Positions 49,018 through 57,402 of a stretch of 64,000 bases of DNA are shown one piece after another; within the stretch, counting starts at the first letter, position 1; each line of letters starts with the position of its first letter. The translations under genes were made by a program, and so were the position numbers. The DNA lies in the IMG/VR virus record IMGVR_UViG_3300033049_000066, positions 62,001 to 126,000 of that record; one strand, written 5' to 3'. Below the pieces are notes generated by a model. It was not told where the DNA came from, ran no database searches, and saw nothing but the letters and a program-made list of their open reading frames with translations.

Positions 49018-49222
49018 ATATCAGGCTATTGCTGCGGTTTTGTGCTCAGACATAGATATACTAGCGACCGTAGCAGAAATGGATTCATGGTCAAAGGATG
49101 ACCTTAAAGAACTAATATTTCGGTTAAAAAAGCAAAAGGATTTGCTCATAACGGATGACAAGCACCGAAAAATGCGTTATAATGCTATGCAAGCATTATT
49201 TAATACAGGACAGAACACATGA
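49010..49222 (+). CDS. hypothetical protein
   Basis: small ORF, GAGG RBS. Confidence 0.5.
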   Translation: MSEYQAIAAVLCSDIDILATVAEMDSWSKDDLKELIFRLKKQKDLLITDDKHRKMRYNAMQALFNTGQNT

Positions 49223-50202
49223 ATTTACGAGGACGGAAAATTTTAGTAACGGGCGGACGTGGCTACATTGGTAGCCACACAGCAAAGACGTTGATCGCTG
49301 CCGACGCAGAAGTTTTTATTATTGACAAAAGATATGTATCTAAGAACAAAGTAAAAGGTACGACACTTTATGGCATGGGTGACTACGACGACCCTGAGAT
49401 ACTTAATAATTTACGAGAGAAAGGTGTAGATGGAGTTGTGCATTGTGCTGGCACAAGCCTTGTCGGGCCTAGTGTTGACAATCCTAGCGAATATTATAAT
49501 AACAACGTAATAAGAACTATTCGTATGTTGGATCACTTGAAGGAATGGGATACACCACCATTTGTTGTATTCAGTAGCAGTGCCGCAGTATACGGAGAGC
49601 CATCCGAAGTACCAATCTTAGAAACCGCCGAGTTACGGGCGAAGTCACCATACGGTAATTCAAAACTAATGATTGAGCGTGTACTGCAGGATTACGAAAC
49701 TGCTTACGGTATTAGAAGTTGGTGTTTTCGATATTTCAATGCGGTAGGCGCAGCTATGCCAACATCAAACCTTGGGCCAGAGGAAGGTGATACGCATATA
49801 ATTCCTCGGATATTTGACGCGTATTACAATAACAAACCATTTAAATTATACGGTACCGGCTACAACACACCTGACGGTACTTGCATCCGCGATTATGTAC
49901 ACGTAGAGGACATTGCCACCGCGCATATGACAGCGTGTCATTATTTAGCCTCCGGAAATCAATCTAAGATTTATAATTTAGGTACCGGCACCGGATATAG
50001 CAACTCCGAAATACTTACAGCATTTACTAATATAATTGGCCCCGTTGATATACGAATTGAAGGACAACGCACCGGTGATCCAGATCAGCTCATAGCAAGC
50101 TCAAGTAAATTTACCGCCGACACTAAATGGCTTCCGCAGTTTAGTGACGTTACCACGATTTTAACCTCATACAGAGACTATTATGAAAAAAGAAATAACT
50201 GA
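49219..50202 (+). CDS. galE: UDP-glucose 4-epimerase-like SDR
   Basis: TGGRGYIGSH, SSSAAVYG, YGNSK, RYFN, DGTCIRDYVHVED. Confidence 0.9.
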   Translation: MNLRGRKILVTGGRGYIGSHTAKTLIAADAEVFIIDKRYVSKNKVKGTTLYGMGDYDDPEILNNLREKGVDGVVHCAGTSLVGPSVDNPSEYYNNNVIRTIRMLDHLKEWDTPPFVVFSSSAAVYGEPSEVPILETAELRAKSPYGNSKLMIERVLQDYETAYGIRSWCFRYFNAVGAAMPTSNLGPEEGDTHIIPRIFDAYYNNKPFKLYGTGYNTPDGTCIRDYVHVEDIATAHMTACHYLASGNQSKIYNLGTGTGYSNSEILTAFTNIIGPVDIRIEGQRTGDPDQLIASSSKFTADTKWLPQFSDVTTILTSYRDYYEKRNN

Positions 50203-50818
50203 TTACGCTAACCCTTTTGACGCCAACGATGAATTTGAAAAAGTATTAGGTGAGTTCACCGGTGCGAAAGGGGTCATTGCTACTGACAGTTGTACACATG
50301 CGGTTGAGCTTGGGCTACGTTGGTCAATGCCTAAAATGTACGCAACGATACCGCCGCACGTACATCACACCATCCCAATGACATTGAAAAAGCTTGGCAT
50401 TGAATACATGTTTTCTGAGGATGACTGGGAGAATGAACACAGAATACAAGGCTCCACCGTGTACACTTCAGCCAAGCATCTGTCTAAGGATATGTTCCAG
50501 ACAGAAAATCCAAACCAGCTGAAAATATTGTGCGTATCATTTGCTGACGATGCCGCACTAGCGATCGGCCATGGTGGCGCAATATTAACAAACGACAAGA
50601 AAGCTTATAACTGGCTTAAACTAGCAGCGTACGACGGCAGGGATCGTCAGGCTATTGACTTGTCAAAAGATAGTGACACTACAGATGGTTATCATTACGG
50701 CATGCGGCCATCGGATGCGTTAATTGGACTTGAGAAATTAGCAAACGGAGAAATTCTTGATCTTAGAGATCGGTATAAAGATTATTCCAATATGCAGGAG
50801 GTTTTGCTAAATAAGTAG
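50183..50818 (+). CDS. truncated DegT/DnrJ sugar aminotransferase-like protein lacking PLP-binding residues
   Basis: FEKVLGEFTG...DSCTHAVEL, GGAILTND, YDGR; SF..K lysine absent. Confidence 0.7.
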   Translation: MKKEITDYANPFDANDEFEKVLGEFTGAKGVIATDSCTHAVELGLRWSMPKMYATIPPHVHHTIPMTLKKLGIEYMFSEDDWENEHRIQGSTVYTSAKHLSKDMFQTENPNQLKILCVSFADDAALAIGHGGAILTNDKKAYNWLKLAAYDGRDRQAIDLSKDSDTTDGYHYGMRPSDALIGLEKLANGEILDLRDRYKDYSNMQEVLLNK

Positions 50819-51040
50819 GTAATTGCACAAAGGTGATTACCCAGGCAATGCCTCGTTACACATAAACGTTAGATGTGATGGAAAGAGAATGAACTTAACA
50901 ATACCAATGAGCTTAACGAAAATCTCATATCACAATTTGGACATAACCGTGTCCAATAATCTAACACTAAATCAAACAGGCACCTCAGAGGTCTTTGGCG
51001 AAACTAATACGTACATTGACAAATCTGAGTACAATATTGA

Positions 51041-51070
51041 TTGACATAATATGTCAATCTCTGCTATACT
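51041..51070 (+). promoter_or_regulatory. promoter with a palindromic operator-like site over the -35
   Basis: TTGACATA-A-TATGTCAA; TTGACA-N18-TATACT with TG extension. Confidence 0.65.
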
Positions 51071-51123
51071 ATTAGTAGAAAAGTTACTAGCAGAAGCTAA
51101 CTAGCACATAAACAGGAGTACAA

Positions 51124-51807
51124 ATGAGTTTCAATAAAATAAAAACAAATCCAGAGCTGGGGCACGAAATTGCTAAGCATCTTGAAAAAATAGGTGTACA
51201 AACACCAATGAAAGACAACGGTCTAGATCGGACAACAAAAATTGATATTATTACACAAAAAATGACCGATATTATGACAACGTTAGGGCTTGATCTAACC
51301 GATGACAGCTTAATGGATACACCAAAACGTGTGGCAAAAATGTACGTTAACGAAATATTTTGGGGGCTAGATGCAGACGCATTTCCAAAATGTACCGCGG
51401 TAGAAAACAAAATGAATTACGATGCTATGGTTGTAGAACGTAACATTAATGTTCAGTCAAATTGCGAACATCACTTTGTTGTAATTGATGGTTTCGCAAC
51501 CGTCGCGTACATTCCGGGAAAAACTGTAATTGGTCTTAGTAAGATTAATCGTGTAGTTGAATACTTCGCGAAGCGACCACAAATACAAGAACGACTAACG
51601 GCGCAAATTTATTATGCACTAGCGTATATACTAAACACAGAAGATGTTGGTGTTATTATTGACGCCCAGCATTTTTGTGTAAAATCAAGGGGCGTCGAAG
51701 ATGTAGGTAGTAGCACCGTCACTAGTAAATTAGGTGGCGCATTTAAAAACGATCCAGCAACTAGAGCTGAATTCCTTGCAATTTTTAACAACAACGGTAA
51801 TCATTAA
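51124..51807 (+). CDS. folE: GTP cyclohydrolase I
   Basis: DTPKRVAKMY, SNCEHHF, GLSKINR, RPQIQERLT, HFCVKSRGV. Confidence 0.96.
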   Translation: MSFNKIKTNPELGHEIAKHLEKIGVQTPMKDNGLDRTTKIDIITQKMTDIMTTLGLDLTDDSLMDTPKRVAKMYVNEIFWGLDADAFPKCTAVENKMNYDAMVVERNINVQSNCEHHFVVIDGFATVAYIPGKTVIGLSKINRVVEYFAKRPQIQERLTAQIYYALAYILNTEDVGVIIDAQHFCVKSRGVEDVGSSTVTSKLGGAFKNDPATRAEFLAIFNNNGNH

Positions 51808-51809
51808 TT

Positions 51810-52142
51810 ATGATATTTTTTAAAAAACTATTAGCTAGGTGGGCGGCGGAAGGAACGCAAGCATACGAATACAACGGAGAACCGTTGTATACCTCGGCGA
51901 CATCCGCAGCTAATGCTAAGCGGCCATACAACGGTGAATCACGTGGAGAGGAATTTAAGAATCCAATGAACATTACATTGTACAACGCAATGGGCGGGCG
52001 AATTATTAAATTTCATAGTTACAATCGCAAGTTGGAGCAATCGCAAGAAACCACGTACATCGTTCCGAGTGATGAAGATTTTGAAAGTGCGCTAGGACAG
52101 TTTATTACGATTGAAGCAATGAAGCACACTAACAATGAGTAA
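51810..52142 (+). CDS. hypothetical protein
   Basis: 110 aa ORF in operon. Confidence 0.6.
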   Translation: MIFFKKLLARWAAEGTQAYEYNGEPLYTSATSAANAKRPYNGESRGEEFKNPMNITLYNAMGGRIIKFHSYNRKLEQSQETTYIVPSDEDFESALGQFITIEAMKHTNNE

Positions 52143-52464
52143 TTCATCTGACTTACATAATTTATATAATTTACCGGATGATCAATTTTTATGGCCGACG
52201 GGCAAGCCGGTTGTGGGCAGCACCGTACAGGTTACTACACAGAACGGGACTATCCCCGTCTACGATCGTGGGCTAGTTGTCAAAGATGCAGACGGAAACG
52301 ACGTTGATGTTGGTGAGTTTATAACCTCGGTCAATAAACGTTTATGTATAATACAACCAAGTCTTGAAGCGCACGAGAAATATCCGGCGTTGAAGGATGC
52401 GTATGATCAATATAAAATGTTAGAAAAATTGCTAATGGAAGGTGATAATGCTAACAAAGATTAA
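52135..52464 (+). CDS. small protein, PAL-helix family
   Basis: KYPALKDAYDQYKMLEKL. Confidence 0.6.
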   Translation: MSNSSDLHNLYNLPDDQFLWPTGKPVVGSTVQVTTQNGTIPVYDRGLVVKDADGNDVDVGEFITSVNKRLCIIQPSLEAHEKYPALKDAYDQYKMLEKLLMEGDNANKD

Positions 52465-52657
52465 AATTTTCGTGCAATGTAAATTGTTCGGCCTGCACGA
52501 TTGGACCTGTGCTAGAGAACAAGGCATTCCCGCCACCCAGGATCAGATCTCCGGCGGAGTTCAAGGTTTTACTAATTATGCGAAACTGTATTGTAAGGAT
52601 TGCGGTACGATTAGCAGGCTGTCACAAAGACAGATTGATGATGTCTTTAAACGTTAA
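52448..52657 (+). CDS. small Cys/His protein (DUF1660-like CxLFGxHxW...CxxCG)
   Basis: CKLFGLHDW...CKDCG. Confidence 0.5.
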   Translation: MLTKIKIFVQCKLFGLHDWTCAREQGIPATQDQISGGVQGFTNYAKLYCKDCGTISRLSQRQIDDVFKR

Positions 52658-52658
52658 A

Positions 52659-52732
52659 GTCTGCGTAGCTAAGAGGCCTAGCAAGGGATTTTAAATCTCT
52701 GCACGTGGGTTCGACCCCCACCGCAGGCACCA
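52659..52732 (+). tRNA. tRNA with UUA anticodon (ochre-suppressor type), CCA encoded
   Basis: acceptor GTCTGCG/CGCAGGC, D-arm GCT/AGC, anticodon stem AGGGA/TCTCT with loop TTTTAAA, T-arm GTGGG-TTCGACC-CCCAC, ACCA end. Confidence 0.85.
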
Positions 52733-52779
52733 AATATTATACTAACATTAATCACTCATTAATCACTTCAGGAACTACA

Positions 52780-53484
52780 ATGAATCAAGATATTAAAGAA
52801 CAATTTTTGCGTGATACTAAAAATCACACCATGGAGGTCCTGCACGAAGATGGACTGTATCGTCACCTAAGATTTACAAAAGGTGGCTCACAGTGCTATC
52901 GCTTCGACATCCATACCTGGCCTGGATTTTTATGTATTTGTCAAGACATGGGAACTTACGTTTTTAGTCGCACACCCGACATGTTTGATTTCTTCCGGCT
53001 GAAGGACAATGACTGGAGCAAAAAGCATATTATCAACACGGGGTACTGGGCAGAAAAGTTACAAGCGGTAGATCGTGACTCGGCGCGAGGTGATGGTAGC
53101 GGCGCGACGGAATTCTCGCAAGAAAAATTTGCCGAGCACGTAAAGGAAGAATATGACAATTTCTGCGAAGGGCTAGCGGACCATGATGAAGACGAACTTA
53201 CAGAAGCGTTTGACGATGACCGCTCGATGAAATCACAGCTTGCGGAATTGTGGGAATGTCTTGAATCGGAGGTGATTGCGCAGTCTTACGATGGGCAACT
53301 TAGAGCGTATGATGCGGCGATGGGATTTGAGTGGCAAGACGATAACGGCAACCTCGCGTTCGACATGCATGACTTTTGGGATCATAACTGCACGGAATAT
53401 ACATTTCACTTTATTTGGTTGCTACACGCAATCGTGTACGGAATTGGGGAATACGATAAACTGAATTTAGTAAATGATACCTAA
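52780..53484 (+). CDS. hypothetical phage protein
   Basis: AGGA RBS; the track start at 52705 lies inside the tRNA, so the start was moved. Confidence 0.7.
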   Translation: MNQDIKEQFLRDTKNHTMEVLHEDGLYRHLRFTKGGSQCYRFDIHTWPGFLCICQDMGTYVFSRTPDMFDFFRLKDNDWSKKHIINTGYWAEKLQAVDRDSARGDGSGATEFSQEKFAEHVKEEYDNFCEGLADHDEDELTEAFDDDRSMKSQLAELWECLESEVIAQSYDGQLRAYDAAMGFEWQDDNGNLAFDMHDFWDHNCTEYTFHFIWLLHAIVYGIGEYDKLNLVNDT

Positions 53485-53656
53485 TTCCAAATTTTCAAAT
53501 TATGAAGTATTCGTACAAGAGGTAATAATTAAATTCATTACCGAATGCGATGATCCAACTGAAATACGATGTATTGCTGAATTTTACAGAGTTGATTTAG
53601 ATCAATTTAAGATTGATCATTATGAAGAAATACTATTTGCGTTATTGAAGAAATGA
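53474..53656 (+). CDS. hypothetical protein
   Basis: 60 aa ORF. Confidence 0.45.
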   Translation: MIPNSKFSNYEVFVQEVIIKFITECDDPTEIRCIAEFYRVDLDQFKIDHYEEILFALLKK

Positions 53657-53699
53657 TGTTATAATACAGTATGCGTAAACAAATTATTAGGAGTATTAT

Positions 53700-54293
53700 A
53701 TGAAGTGGACAATAGATAAAAGTTTTGACTGGTGCTATGGTCACCGCGTACATAATCAGTCGTTGAATGCAGATTTCACCGGCGCGGACGGTGCCTGCCT
53801 CGCATGTAGACATTTACACGGTCATCAAGGACAGCTTAAGGTTATGCTAGAGGGCGATGAACTAATCCGTGGAATGGTCACGGATTTTAAACATCTGGGC
53901 TGGATGAAAACGTTCATAGACGATGTCTTAGATCATAAGTTCATCATGGACATCAATGATCCTCTGTTACCACACGAGGTACCGGATTACTACGGAAATG
54001 CGATTGCGACTAGCGACAGTCACATTGCAGCAGGCGGGCTGCTGCTGAGTAGATGTACAGAATATCCCGAGGGGTACTGGACGCCACGCTTAGATTTGCT
54101 ACCATCCGACACGATACAGGCCGTCCGTGAAAAATATGAAGGCATTATATTCGTTGATTTCGTACCGACCTCAGAGAACTTGGCAGCGTGGTTGCTTGGC
54201 ATAGCACAGAAAAAGATGAAGGAACTAGATGTTAAGGTGGTAGCCGTAGAATTTTGGGAGACCCCAAAGAGCCATTGCAGGGTGGAAATATAA
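53700..54293 (+). CDS. queD: 6-carboxytetrahydropterin synthase
   Basis: CYGHRV, CRHLHGH, GMVTDF, LDHKF, PTSENLA, WETP. Confidence 0.92.
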   Translation: MKWTIDKSFDWCYGHRVHNQSLNADFTGADGACLACRHLHGHQGQLKVMLEGDELIRGMVTDFKHLGWMKTFIDDVLDHKFIMDINDPLLPHEVPDYYGNAIATSDSHIAAGGLLLSRCTEYPEGYWTPRLDLLPSDTIQAVREKYEGIIFVDFVPTSENLAAWLLGIAQKKMKELDVKVVAVEFWETPKSHCRVEI

Positions 54294-54328
54294 TCCATAT
54301 CAGACTAAATACTTGATAGGAGAGTATA

Positions 54329-54688
54329 ATGTTTGATCGTTACACGAAAAATTTCAGAGAAAAACCATTTGCGACTATAAGCGGTACTGTCGCATTTGCG
54401 GTCGGCGTAGTTGGATTAATTACAGCTGGCAATCAAGCTGCGGAACATGTTGGTGAATACTTTGTTTCGGCGGCAGAATTAGAGATCGCCAAGACAGAAG
54501 TGATCAGCGTTATACGCAAGGAAGCAATTATAACAAGAAATGTAATTGTTGGAGAAATTTTAGTGCGAAAGTCTGAATTGCAACGTGAACTTGAAGATAC
54601 AAAAGATGCCGGGCGTATCAGCTCAATCTTAGAAGATATCACGGTGCTGAACCACCGACTAAATAAGATAAGAGGAATAGATGAATGA
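54329..54688 (+). CDS. single-TM late protein
   Basis: CTAAATA at 54305, AGGAG RBS, N-terminal TM plus coiled coil. Confidence 0.6.
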   Translation: MFDRYTKNFREKPFATISGTVAFAVGVVGLITAGNQAAEHVGEYFVSAAELEIAKTEVISVIRKEAIITRNVIVGEILVRKSELQRELEDTKDAGRISSILEDITVLNHRLNKIRGIDE

Positions 54689-54960
54689 AGTACATTATAC
54701 TCGCAACATTATTATTTATTAGCGCAGCCCAAGCTGGCGGTTATAAAAATCAATCTATTCAGCAAGAGCTTCGGAGTACTCCTGAAATGTCAGCTCGATG
54801 CAACGCAAATATTAATTACTTCGAGCGAAAAGTTTTTAAGTACAGCACAAAAGTTCATATTGGAACCGGAGAAAAAATAAAACTCCGGTACTACAGAGAT
54901 GAACTAGAATCATGGATAGATTACTGCGTCAATGATGCGGCAGATCCAGACTTTCAATAA
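54685..54960 (+). CDS. small secreted protein with two Cys
   Basis: signal peptide MKYIILATLLFISAAQA. Confidence 0.6.
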   Translation: MKYIILATLLFISAAQAGGYKNQSIQQELRSTPEMSARCNANINYFERKVFKYSTKVHIGTGEKIKLRYYRDELESWIDYCVNDAADPDFQ

Positions 54961-55052
54961 ATTAACTATAGTCCACAAAGAATATCCACAGTAACAACTA
55001 CTTAGAATGAATTATTAACATTCATTACGGCTCATTGATTTAAAAATAGAGG

Positions 55053-55081
55053 TTGACAGAACTAATATAATATCGTATAAT
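55053..55081 (+). promoter_or_regulatory. sigma70-like early promoter
   Basis: AGAGG-TTGACA-N17-TATAAT; same AGAGGTTGAC context as the repeat promoters. Confidence 0.8.
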
Positions 55082-55102
55082 ATAACCATAGGAGAATTTT
55101 TA

Positions 55103-55624
55103 ATGAATAAAACTTATTTAAATTACAATGACGTGGAAGCGCATTGTCTAGAAATCGCACAAAATATTTCGCGTGACGATTGGCACCCGGATTATATCAT
55201 CGGCTTGACCCGTGGTGGGCTGCTACCGGCAACGCTGCTAAGTCATCGACTAAACGTGCCGATGTCCTCACTGGATGTAAGTTTGCGTGATGGCGGCATG
55301 GAATCGTGTAGTAATTGCTGGATGGCCGAAGACGCGTTCAATGGAAAAAATTTACTAATTGTCGACGATATAAATGATACAGGTGCGACACTACAGTGGA
55401 TTGTAGATGACTGGATGTCGAGCAATTTGCCCAACGATCCCAAATGGGGGACGATTTTTGGTGACAACGCTCGCTTCGCCACTATTGTAAATAATGCCGG
55501 TAGTGATTTTAAAAACGTTTCCTACAGTGGGCTACAAATTAATAAAGATGAAGATGATTCCTGGATTGTTTTTCCGTGGGAGGAGTGGCAGCCAGCAATA
55601 GGAGAGAAAGATGGCGAAGATTAA
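55103..55624 (+). CDS. type I phosphoribosyltransferase (xanthine/guanine PRT-like)
   Basis: IIGLTRGGLLPA, LLIVDDINDTGATL, WIVFPWE. Confidence 0.9.
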   Translation: MNKTYLNYNDVEAHCLEIAQNISRDDWHPDYIIGLTRGGLLPATLLSHRLNVPMSSLDVSLRDGGMESCSNCWMAEDAFNGKNLLIVDDINDTGATLQWIVDDWMSSNLPNDPKWGTIFGDNARFATIVNNAGSDFKNVSYSGLQINKDEDDSWIVFPWEEWQPAIGEKDGED

Positions 55625-56489
55625 AGTAGCAGAGGTGTTTCATAGCCTCCAGGGTGAAGGATTACACACCGGCATACCGTCAGTTTTCGTAAGGACATTC
55701 GGATGCAATTTTCAATGTGCTGGATTTGGTATGCCGCCAGGTAAGAAAACAACTGAGCCGGATGAAATTGCTGCGAACTTTTTAAAAGAAAACCCAAGCA
55801 CGACATATACTGGCCTTCCACTTGCTTTGACTGGGTGTGACAGCTATGCAAGCTGGCACCCAAAGTTTAAATCACTTAGCCCGGTACAGGCAGTTACAGA
55901 AATTGTCACCAGGATGGAAGATACACGCAAAGAAGATAGTGGCATGCGGTACAACAACGGCAGTACGCATCTTGTCATAACTGGTGGTGAACCGCTACTG
56001 GGTTGGCAGAGAGCATATCCTGAATTATTTGATGAGGTAGCCAACAAAGGCTATCGTCACATAACCTTTGAGACCAACGGAACACAGAAAATCACAGATA
56101 AATTTGCAGATTATTTACTGCTGCGACAGATTAAAAAAACAAAGGATGAGAACACAATCACGTTCAGTGTTAGTCCCAAGTTGTCGTGCTCCGGCGAACT
56201 ACAAGAAGAAGCACTACGGCCTGAAATTGTAGCAAGCTATCAAAAATTTGGTACAGTGTACTTAAAATTTGTAGTCGCAAGCAATGATGACATGGCTGAT
56301 GTTGTAACTTTTGTAAATGCCTATAAGGAAGCTGGTTGGGATGGTGAAGTTTATCTTATGCCATGCGGTGGCGACACTGAATTATATAATTTAAATGCCC
56401 CTGAGGTCGCCAAGCTTGCGATGACATACGGCATGAGATACAGCGCACGGCTACAGGTTGACCTTTGGAAAAATGCCCACGGCACCTAA
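55611..56489 (+). CDS. queE: 7-carboxy-7-deazaguanine synthase (radical SAM)
   Basis: EVFHSLQGEG, RTFGCNFQC...CDS, ITGGEPL, ETNGT, VSPK, RLQV. Confidence 0.92.
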   Translation: MAKIKVAEVFHSLQGEGLHTGIPSVFVRTFGCNFQCAGFGMPPGKKTTEPDEIAANFLKENPSTTYTGLPLALTGCDSYASWHPKFKSLSPVQAVTEIVTRMEDTRKEDSGMRYNNGSTHLVITGGEPLLGWQRAYPELFDEVANKGYRHITFETNGTQKITDKFADYLLLRQIKKTKDENTITFSVSPKLSCSGELQEEALRPEIVASYQKFGTVYLKFVVASNDDMADVVTFVNAYKEAGWDGEVYLMPCGGDTELYNLNAPEVAKLAMTYGMRYSARLQVDLWKNAHGT

Positions 56490-56707
56490 TAAAAACTTAC
56501 TACGGTGATGTTGATCTTAGAGGGGCTGAGTGGCAAGTGACACGCGCCAGGATTCCGCACAAATGTATTTTTACAGGCAGGTGGATTCTCCCAGGAGAGT
56601 TGGCAATGCGGTGTTTCCGCTATCCTGAGAGGTATGTTTTAGAAAGCCAGGTTTGCTGGGCCTCTACGGCTGAATATGTAATGCAACGACTAAGAGGAAA
56701 TGTTTAA
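56465..56707 (+). CDS. small protein, tandem family member 1
   Basis: PHKCIFTGRWILP...W..LRG. Confidence 0.6.
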   Translation: MEKCPRHLIKTYYGDVDLRGAEWQVTRARIPHKCIFTGRWILPGELAMRCFRYPERYVLESQVCWASTAEYVMQRLRGNV

Positions 56708-56951
56708 CATGAATTGCACAGAAGACATAGCCAACGTTGTAATAAGTACAAACATATTAGCCGAGCCGAACATCACTATACAAAAGTGCCGCGTCTACAG
56801 GAAGGCTGAATGCAGTATTACAGGCGCAAAGATACCGAGATTCACTAGGGCATATAAGAAAACCACCACAATTTATATTTACGGTGATCCAATTTACTAC
56901 AGTGAATGGCTCTCAGCAAAAGGCCATACTTTCTACAACCTAACAAAATGA
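56700..56951 (+). CDS. small protein, tandem family member 2
   Basis: AECSITGAKIP...WLS. Confidence 0.6.
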   Translation: MFNMNCTEDIANVVISTNILAEPNITIQKCRVYRKAECSITGAKIPRFTRAYKKTTTIYIYGDPIYYSEWLSAKGHTFYNLTK

Positions 56952-57184
56952 TTTTGCCAGATCACATAACCAACGAGACTATACGCAGGATGAATTCGTA
57001 TGTATGGAACCGTACATTATCTATATGGCCTCGCCGTTGCAAATTATCTAAGGAATACATACCGATGTTTTCCTATGCTTATCACGGTACGCGCACGATC
57101 CTCGGGCCCGGTACCCCAGTGTACTACACGCGCTGGCTGTCAGTAGATTCGTACTTAATTCAAAAATTAAAAGGTAATCTTTGA
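56948..57184 (+). CDS. small protein, tandem family member 3
   Basis: WPRRCKLSKEYIP...WLS...KLKG. Confidence 0.6.
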   Translation: MILPDHITNETIRRMNSYVWNRTLSIWPRRCKLSKEYIPMFSYAYHGTRTILGPGTPVYYTRWLSVDSYLIQKLKGNL

Positions 57185-57402
57185 TGAGTCAAAAACAATG
57201 CCGCCGACTGTCGAATTACCATTGGGAGATAACCTTATTGTTTTGGCCTCGAAAATGCATGGCATCGCGTAAATGGATTCTCCCATTTACGTATGCGGTT
57301 AAAGGAACATGCACATTACAAGGTATGTGCTCAAAGATACGTATAGTTCATTGGGTAGACCCCAATGCATTTTTAATTCAAAAATTAAAAGGAAATATAT
57401 GA
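57181..57402 (+). CDS. small protein, tandem family member 4
   Basis: WPRKCMASRKWILP...W...KLKG. Confidence 0.6.
   Translation: MMSQKQCRRLSNYHWEITLLFWPRKCMASRKWILPFTYAVKGTCTLQGMCSKIRIVHWVDPNAFLIQKLKGNI

Noticed and set aside
52689-52695. tRNA-Lys(UUU) reading of the anticodon loop
   Set aside because: shifting the loop by one base destroys the anticodon stem pairing; only UUA fits a 5-bp stem with a 7-nt loop
42221-52767. short tandem repeats GCTAAAAT x3 (42221) and CATTAATCACT x2 (52746)
   Set aside because: too short; consistent with slippage, and no integrase in the window to support an att site next to the tRNA
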